A DNA stretch of 13,941 nt from Methanomassiliicoccaceae archaeon (GTDB lineage Archaea; Thermoplasmatota; Thermoplasmata; Methanomassiliicoccales; Methanomassiliicoccaceae), in NCBI GenBank assembly GCA_963728405.1, contig CAVSJV010000009.1, positions 1-13,941 of the forward strand, given 5' to 3'. The stretch's first letter is position 1. Each line of letters opens with the position of its first letter. Positions 7,920 through 13,941 of this stretch are shown piece by piece. Below the pieces are notes generated by a model, which saw only the letters and a list, made by a program, of their open reading frames with translations, was not told the origin of the DNA and ran no database searches. A program made the position numbers and the translations under genes.

Positions 7920-8025
7920 ATATGCTCGACAGACCCCATTCTAATAATGTCTGATGTCGAGCCCTCCATCACTTTCGACAAGGTCGATATTAACCATAAA
8001 TACTCCCTTTTATTCTGAGCTATCG

Positions 8026-9204
8026 ATGCAAAGGGCTATGCGCTTACCATTGATAATCAAAAACAAGGATGTCCAGCCTCTGCTTTTGACGATGGAAGCG
8101 TATTCAGAAGCGTTCAACATCTCCGCTACCTGGGGATATGATAACAAGAGCTTCAACAAGATCGAAAATCACAAAGCAACTTACTAATTAATCAGAACAA
8201 ATATTCCAATCCTTCCGTCCTCCCTTGTCCAGTGTGCGAGGGATTGTGCATGCGAGGCGCTCAAATCAATCAAATGTGAAAGGTTGCCTAAACGGTCTTC
8301 GCACTCGGCTCTTCGTTACAATGAAAGGGTCATCAAGGTTTACATCGATTCCTGCTACGCCACTCTCGCAACGGTCCAAGGCCGAGTCATTGTAGAGTTC
8401 TCTTTACCGAGCTTCTTCAAAAAGTACGACGGCTGGACTGTAAAGTCATCGAACCTCGTCTACGACCGCGGTTCCGAAACGTTCTATCTATGCGTGACCG
8501 TGGAGACGAACAAGATTCTCGATTCATTCCAAGGTCCCATACTCGGTATCGACCGGGGCATCAATAACGTCGCGGTTACCTCAGCAAATCAGTTCTTCAA
8601 CTCCAAGGGGATCAATAATGTGCGCGGCAAATACGCATACTTGCGCAAGCAGCTTCAGTCAAAAGGCACTCGTTCCGCTAAACGAAAAATGAAAAGACTA
8701 AGCGGGCGAGAGAGACGGTTCAAGGCGGATGTGAACCACTGCATCGCCAAGGAGATAGTAAACTCTCCGTATGGAGCGTTCGTCCTAGAGGATTTGACTA
8801 GTATAAGGGAGAAAAACCAGTGCAGGAGAAGAGGAGGGAAGAGGAGCCGTCAACGCAATCGTATGCTGGGCTCCTGGGCCTTCCTCCAGTTGGAGCAGTT
8901 CATCGAGTATAAGGCCGAAGAGCTTGAAAAGATCAAGTTCTTGGTCAATCCATCCTACACATCGCAAAGATGCTCAAGGTGCGGTGACACCAGGTCGCAG
9001 AATCGGAACGGAGCAAACTTCCATTGTCGTTCCTGCGGCTATAAACTGCATGCCGACCTCAACGCCTCCAGGAACATCGCTTAGCTCGGTAGATCTGAGC
9101 TGAGTAGGCTTCATGTCAACAAGCCGAATGTAGCGTTCCATGACCCCAAGGCTCCTAACCTTGGAAGAGAGCAGTTACAAGCTCCACCCGTCAGGGCGAG
9201 GTAG
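8026..9204 (+). pseudogene. tnpB: TnpB RNA-guided endonuclease, interrupted by in-frame TAA (8185-8187) and TAG (9082-9084)
   Basis: A single frame from ATG 8026 carries RuvC-I ILGIDRGINN, RuvC-II VLEDL, Zn finger TSQRCSRCG...FHCRSCG and RuvC-III HADLNASRNIA. The frame continues past the TAG as LGRSELSRLHVNKPNV... to TAG 9202-9204. Confidence 0.92.
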
Positions 9205-9209
9205 TTGAC
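9080..9209 (+). ncRNA. TnpB omegaRNA/reRNA scaffold (right-end RNA); guide would start at about 9210
   Basis: Stems: CTTAGCTC/GAGCTGAG (9080-9104); GGCTT/AAGCC (9107-9125), whose loop GTCAAC (9115-9120) is complementary to terminal GTTGAC (9204-9209), giving a pseudoknot; TGTAGC/GTTACA enclosing CCAAGG/CCTTGG; and a degenerate terminal hairpin. Confidence 0.7.
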
Positions 9210-9210
9210 G

Positions 9211-10314
9211 TCACAGCAGCGGATCGATGAGTTCCACCAGGTCCAGGACCTCTACCTTGGCCTTGGTGCGCTCCTTGCCCACCTTTAGGTTGTTCACGCA
9301 GAACGGGCAGGAGGTCACCGACACGTCGGCGAAGCTCGCCTCCGCTACCCGCTTGCCGGCGATCTGCTCCGATAGCTCGGGATAGGCGGAACGGACCCCG
9401 CCCCCTCCACCGCAGCATCTGGCCTCCGCGGAGTTGCGGGCCATCTCCTTGAACTCGGCGCCGGGCACTTTGGCTAGGACCGCTCTCGGAGCTTTGTAGA
9501 CGCCGGAGTGACGGCCCAGGTGGCACGGGTCATGGTAGGTGATCTTCTTGGGGAAGGCCTTCAGCTTGAGGTCCTTGTCCGCCAGGTACTCGGACACATG
9601 GCGCACCTTGAACGGCACCTTGACGTGCTTGGGGTACTCTTCCTTGAACATGCGATAGCAACCGGCGCAGGAGAAGACCACTTCCTCGACGCCCTGCTCG
9701 ATGACGGCTTGGACGTTCTTCTCCATCTGCTTGACCACGTCCTCCTCGGACCAGCCAACCCGTTCCATGACGCTGCCGCAGCACGCCTCGTTGAGAAGAG
9801 TGAAGTCCTCGCCCAGCTTGTTCATTATGGAGATGGTCGCCTTGGCCGCGTTGGGGTTCCGGTACGCGGAGGTGCATCCCACGAAGTAGCCGATCTTGGC
9901 CTTCTTGGGCGTCAGCCCGAACACCTCGGGCACCGAGCGCTTCTCGCCGTAGGGATTGCCGAACTTCAGGATATTGTCGACCACCTTACGATGACTGGGG
10001 AGCATGGTGCCGGCGTTCACGAGGTCCTTCCTGGCCCTCTCGACCACATCGACCACCCGGACCTTCGAGGGACAACGCCTCTCGCAGTCCTTGCACGTGG
10101 TGCATTGATATAGGGCCTCGACGACCGAGGGATCGGCCGGAATTTCCTTCTGCATGAGGCCGTAGGCAAGGATGACCCGACCCCTAGCGACCCCGGTGTC
10201 CCAGCCAACGTCCTCGAATACTGGGCAGACGCTCTTGCAGAACCCGCACATGGTGCAGGTCATCATCTCCTTCTTCACTTCACTGAGGTTCTTTGCGTCG
10301 ATGTGATCGGTCAT
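9211..10314 (-). CDS. (Fe-S)-binding oxidoreductase, GlcF/HdrD-like (2x[4Fe-4S] plus two CCG domains)
   Basis: CTMCGFCKSVCP, CTTCKDCERRCP, YFVGC, ACCG, SCAGC, YHDPCHLGR, CCGGGGG and SCPFC motifs. Start MTDHIDAK at 10314, 1 nt after the larA stop. Confidence 0.92.
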   Translation of the reverse strand: MTDHIDAKNLSEVKKEMMTCTMCGFCKSVCPVFEDVGWDTGVARGRVILAYGLMQKEIPADPSVVEALYQCTTCKDCERRCPSKVRVVDVVERARKDLVNAGTMLPSHRKVVDNILKFGNPYGEKRSVPEVFGLTPKKAKIGYFVGCTSAYRNPNAAKATISIMNKLGEDFTLLNEACCGSVMERVGWSEEDVVKQMEKNVQAVIEQGVEEVVFSCAGCYRMFKEEYPKHVKVPFKVRHVSEYLADKDLKLKAFPKKITYHDPCHLGRHSGVYKAPRAVLAKVPGAEFKEMARNSAEARCCGGGGGVRSAYPELSEQIAGKRVAEASFADVSVTSCPFCVNNLKVGKERTKAKVEVLDLVELIDPLL

Positions 10315-10315
10315 C

Positions 10316-11557
10316 TTAATCCACCCTCGGCACGGTGATGCTTCCATCCATGCTGACCAGGACCTTAGCGTCCTTGTTCTGGGCCAGTGCGGCATCCACC
10401 GCCTCCTGTACGGTGGCGAAGGGGCGGATGTTCGCCTTCTTCAGGAGCTCGGGGTCCAGGCCGGTCACGGCCCACACGTTCGCCCATACCGCGATCTCGG
10501 CCATCTTGGCCGCCTTATGATAGCCAAGCTTGTACTCCTTGGCCAGGTTCTCCAGTACTTTGCGTGGGTCGTCGGAGAGAGCTAGCTGTTGCAGGAAGGT
10601 GTCGTGGCCGATACCTTGGCGGCACTTGGACACCATGATAATGGTCCCGCCCTCCTTCAATGCCCATTTTCCGTTGTCGAGCGCCTTCTGCGACTGATAG
10701 AGGTCCACATCCATGGGATATGGGGCGATGGACACGACGACGTCGGCCTTCTCCTCGATCCTGACGGAGAAGACCTCGTTGGCCCACTTGACCGCCTGAG
10801 TGAAGGAGGCATGCAGGTCCCCAGCCTCGATCTTATAGATGTTCTGGTGACGGTCCAGCACGATCTGGATGGCGAAGATCGGTTTATCCTTCACGACCTT
10901 CAACGCGTCCATCATGTCCTCGTGGACGGGATTGCCTTCCAGCACCAGCGCCTGCGCCTCCTGGCGCATCGCCAGCTTGTGGTTCTGCTCGATGGTCTTG
11001 CGCGAAGCGACCCCCGGCAGGAACGACTTCCGTCCTCCAGTATAGCCCGCGAAGTAGTGCGGCTCGACCGAAGTGATGATCACCAGGCGGTCGGCCTTCA
11101 CGGCCATCTCATTGACGTGCATCTCGGTGCCGTTCTTCGAGGTGCCCAGGAACACGAAATTGTCCTTCTTGGAATCGTGGCTGTGAATGTTCGACTTCAG
11201 CTTGTCGTACTGCTTGCCGAAGATGAAGCGGTACTCCTCCTCGGTGGGAGCGCGGTGATCGCCGGTGGCGACGAGGTAGCGCGCCTTGGTCAGGTCCATT
11301 CGCTCCGCGAGCGCATCCAGTACCTTGCAGGTGGGCGTCGGCCGGGTGCCGTCGTTCACGATGAACACGATGTCCTTGCCGCCCTCCAGGAACTTTTCCA
11401 GAGCAGGGCCGGCCACGGGATTCTCCAACGCCCTGCGGATCTCCATCCTCTCGTCCCCGGTCTGGACATCCTTGGGGTAGATCGTTCCGGCGAAATTTTC
11501 CTCCGGCAGATGGAGGAACTGCTTCTCGTCCTTTCCGTAGGGGATGGTGAGCCTCAT
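10316..11557 (-). CDS. larA: nickel-pincer-dependent lactate racemase family protein
   Basis: NDGTRPTP, ATGDHR, EPHYFAGYTGGRKS, NH, GNP and DLYQSQKAL motifs. Start MRLTIPYG at 11557. Confidence 0.92.
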   Translation of the reverse strand: MRLTIPYGKDEKQFLHLPEENFAGTIYPKDVQTGDERMEIRRALENPVAGPALEKFLEGGKDIVFIVNDGTRPTPTCKVLDALAERMDLTKARYLVATGDHRAPTEEEYRFIFGKQYDKLKSNIHSHDSKKDNFVFLGTSKNGTEMHVNEMAVKADRLVIITSVEPHYFAGYTGGRKSFLPGVASRKTIEQNHKLAMRQEAQALVLEGNPVHEDMMDALKVVKDKPIFAIQIVLDRHQNIYKIEAGDLHASFTQAVKWANEVFSVRIEEKADVVVSIAPYPMDVDLYQSQKALDNGKWALKEGGTIIMVSKCRQGIGHDTFLQQLALSDDPRKVLENLAKEYKLGYHKAAKMAEIAVWANVWAVTGLDPELLKKANIRPFATVQEAVDAALAQNKDAKVLVSMDGSITVPRVD

Positions 11558-11820
11558 GACTAGAACCGATTTGGAATATTGGAGCCGATATATGAAGTTT
11601 TGACAAGACCTGACACGGTCCCGGGAGGAAAACACCAGGACCCGGGGCGGCGCTACGAGTTACGCTCCCGGGACATCCCATTTTCTTGAGGGACCTGCGG
11701 TGCATCAACGGGCTAGACGACATCTATACTCTCCTTGGTGTTTTTCATATATCGCTCATTGACCGTGCCACCTTTTTATATCGCCTCGCGGATAATGCGC
11801 TCGGTCCGAAGGTGGCAGAA

Positions 11821-12543
11821 ATGACCGAGTACAAAGATTCCGATTGGACAGACGGCGTGTTCGTGGACAAGTTCTTGGACGCGGTGTACCTCAAGGTACC
11901 CCAGCGGCAGAGGATGTTCGAGCTAGCCGCCTCGTACTACCGTCATTTCCTCTCAGACCGGACCGGAAATGTCATCCTGGACCTGGGGTGCGGCGACGGC
12001 ATCCTCACCAAGGAACTTCTGGAGGTTGACGGGACCATCTCAGCTATCCTTGTCGACGCCTCATCGGATATGCTGCGGAATGCCAGAACAAAGCTTGCAG
12101 CGTACGATAGGATACGCTAAGTTCATGCCAGCTTTCGGCTCTTATAGGGTCCAAGACCGAGCTGGGACCTTTCGACATGGCCGACTCCTCGTTGGCCATC
12201 CATCACCTGACGCTCAAGGACAAGAGGAGGCTGGTCGAGCTGAATTTCGGAGCTTGAACCCTGGAGGACATTTCCTGAACATCGACACCATGCTCCCGCC
12301 CACCCTGTCGCTGGAAGCCTGGTACCTGGTGCTATGGGAGGAATGGATGCGTCGCCGTTGCGATGATGCCCAACTGGCGGAAGGGATGGCCCTCATGAAC
12401 GGACATCACCAGGTAGAGGCCACCACGCTTGCCTGGACACCCTTGCCGACCAGCTGACGATCATGAAGGACGTAGGCTTCGAAGACATGGACGTGGTCTT
12501 TAAGGATGGCATCTTCACTATCTATTGCGGACGAAGGCCCTGA
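11821..12543 (+). pseudogene. class I SAM-dependent methyltransferase, disrupted
   Basis: ILDLGCGDG and VDASSDML motifs, then in-frame TAA 12118-12120 (RIR*VHASF). FD..SSLAIHHL, LNPGGHFLNID and DQL..MKDVGFEDMDVVFK...GRRP* follow in shifting frames. Confidence 0.85.
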
Positions 12544-12719
12544 TTATCACGATCGTTGCTTAGGCCATCGAGCCACACCATGGGGTAGTAGGCCCATCGG
12601 AGCAAGTTAGCGGATAATGTAGGGCCTAGAGTCGATCATCGATGTCAAGGTCCTTCCGGTAAGGCCAGAGACTGCCTCGGAAGAAAAAAGGATATTAGCC
12701 CGTACGCGCTGTGAGGGGC

Positions 12720-13706
12720 ATGAAGACCCTTGCCGAACTGGGAAAAAGGAGATGATCTCCCTCCTGCTCCGAGACATAAAGACCGATGTTGCAGTAGGGC
12801 CCGGGGACGATGCCGCGGCCATCGACCTAGGAGGGCAATTCTCGTCGCCTCGACCGATGTCTTCCCGGACCGCTCACCTGCCCAAGGGGATGACCGACTG
12901 GCAGATCGGGTGGTTCGCCGCCGCGGTCAATTTCAGCGACATCGCGGCGATGGGGGCCCGGCCCCTCGGCCTGCTGCTCGCGAATGTTCTTCCGCGGAAC
13001 ATGCCGTTCGAGGACCTCCAGCGCATCGTGCAGGGGGCGCAGGACTGTGCCGGTCGGTGGACGGGGACCTGCTGGGCGGCGACACCAAGGAGGGTGAGGA
13101 AGATGGTCATCGCCGGCACTGCCCTGGGACTCGGTGGACAAGGACAAGACACCCTCGGAAGGGAGGGGGCGAGGGAGGAAGATCGCGCAGCGGTTACTGG
13201 CCCCCTGGGCCTGGCTCGCTCGCGGGCGATACCGCCTGATAGCAGGGCAATCGGGCCTCGTATGGTCAGAAAGGGCGCTGTCAGAAGAGCGACAGCCATG
13301 GAAATTAGGGCAGGGATGGTCCTGACCGCATCGGGCAAGGTCGACTCCTGCATGGACATCTCGACGACGGCCGCGGCTGACTCCACTCGGAGAGCTACTG
13401 GCCAAAGAGGGTCGGACCTCCGAGGCGAGGCGGGCGCTCTATACGCCCGGGAGGACGTCGATAAGGTCCGGCCGACAAGAGCGGACGGGCGGTGAAGGAC
13501 TTGGTGATGCACTCTCGGCGGCGATCACGAGCTTCGCTCCTCTCCACGCTGTCCCGACACGCGGCTCGACTGGGTCTCCGCCCGCATCGCAGAGGGGTGT
13601 GGATGCCCGCCATTGGCTGTGTCAAAGGAGAGCAAAATGCTTTTAATCAGTGCAGGGAAGGTAGCCCATTTGGACACTATAGGTTATGTATACTTCAGGA
13701 AGCTAA
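12720..13706 (+). pseudogene. thiL: thiamine-monophosphate kinase, heavily frameshifted (possibly sequencing error)
   Basis: GTGAGGGG then ATG 12720 MKTLAELG. Motifs GPGDDAA, VASTD, GWFAAAVNFSDIAAMGARP, LLGGDT, AVTGPLG, CMDIS, GGDHEL and C-terminal GY..F appear across different frames. End approximate. Confidence 0.85.
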
Positions 13707-13708
13707 CT

Positions 13709-13941
13709 ATGCACGAGGGACTGACTCCGGAAGATGGAAGGAGAAAAACGTCAGGGTGCGATCGATGCCCTGACTCCTGCAACATTCTCTCCTGTGCTGC
13801 GAAGGGGTGTACTGTGGTTGGGGAGAACTGAGACGGAAAGCTGTTCAGCATGAACTATGGCTAAGTGTCCTCAGCGAATGGGTACCCATAAGAAAAGCCC
13901 CTCTTCCATTTCTATCCCGGCGAGGAGGTCTTCTCCCTAGG
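13709..13941 (+). CDS. amrS: 5' part of an AmmeMemoRadiSam-system radical SAM enzyme (PFL-activase-like), error-ridden and truncated by the window edge
   Basis: Recognisable N-terminal pattern C..CP..C...EN*DGKLFSMNYG*VSS....P*EKPLFHFYPGEEVFSL despite in-frame stops. Confidence 0.75.

Larger units (their letters stand above)
7963..9209 (+). mobile_element. IS200/IS605-family tnpB-only (IS1341-like) element; left boundary uncertain
   Basis: tnpB without tnpA, visibly more AT-rich than its flanks, with a right-end-like motif ..CAAGCTCCACCCGTCAGGGCGAGGTAGTTGAC ending at 9209. Confidence 0.7.

Noticed and set aside
8026-9204. Nuclease-dead TnpB regulator (TldR-like) or Cas12f
   Set aside because: All three RuvC acidic residues are present, and there is no CRISPR array. 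I saw no second match to the guide in this window.
11821-12543. Methyltransferase as part of a restriction-modification or defence system
   Set aside because: It has small-molecule class I methyltransferase motifs, no DPPY/NPPY or PC motif, and no partner nuclease.

Overview
A GC-rich archaeal chromosomal window. Archaeal TATA-type promoters, a DUF2116 gene and the gene content suggest a Methanomassiliicoccales/Thermoplasmatota-like host, which is inferred rather than proven. From left to right it holds: the 5' end of a membrane-protein gene, a tandem-rhodanese sulfurtransferase (-), an hcp-associated-type 4Fe-4S protein (+), a two-gene operon of a Zn-dependent MDR dehydrogenase and a non-canonical TrpD-like phosphoribosyltransferase (+), a frameshifted hypothetical gene (-), a cysK-like pseudogene, a DUF2116 gene, folP (-), a solo tnpB (IS200/IS605 family) with a recognisable right-end/omegaRNA scaffold, a larA + CCG-domain Fe-S oxidoreductase operon (-), a broken SAM methyltransferase, and very error-rich thiL and AmmeMemoRadiSam radical SAM genes. 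The best candidate for an undescribed system is the dehydrogenase + TrpD-like pair. Its TrpD-like protein appears to lack anthranilate-binding residues, and the pair sits behind a 92-bp dyad-symmetric promoter with two near-identical palindromic operators. All family assignments come from motif recognition by eye; no database searches were run. Many frameshifts, especially after about 12.7 kb, may be sequencing errors.
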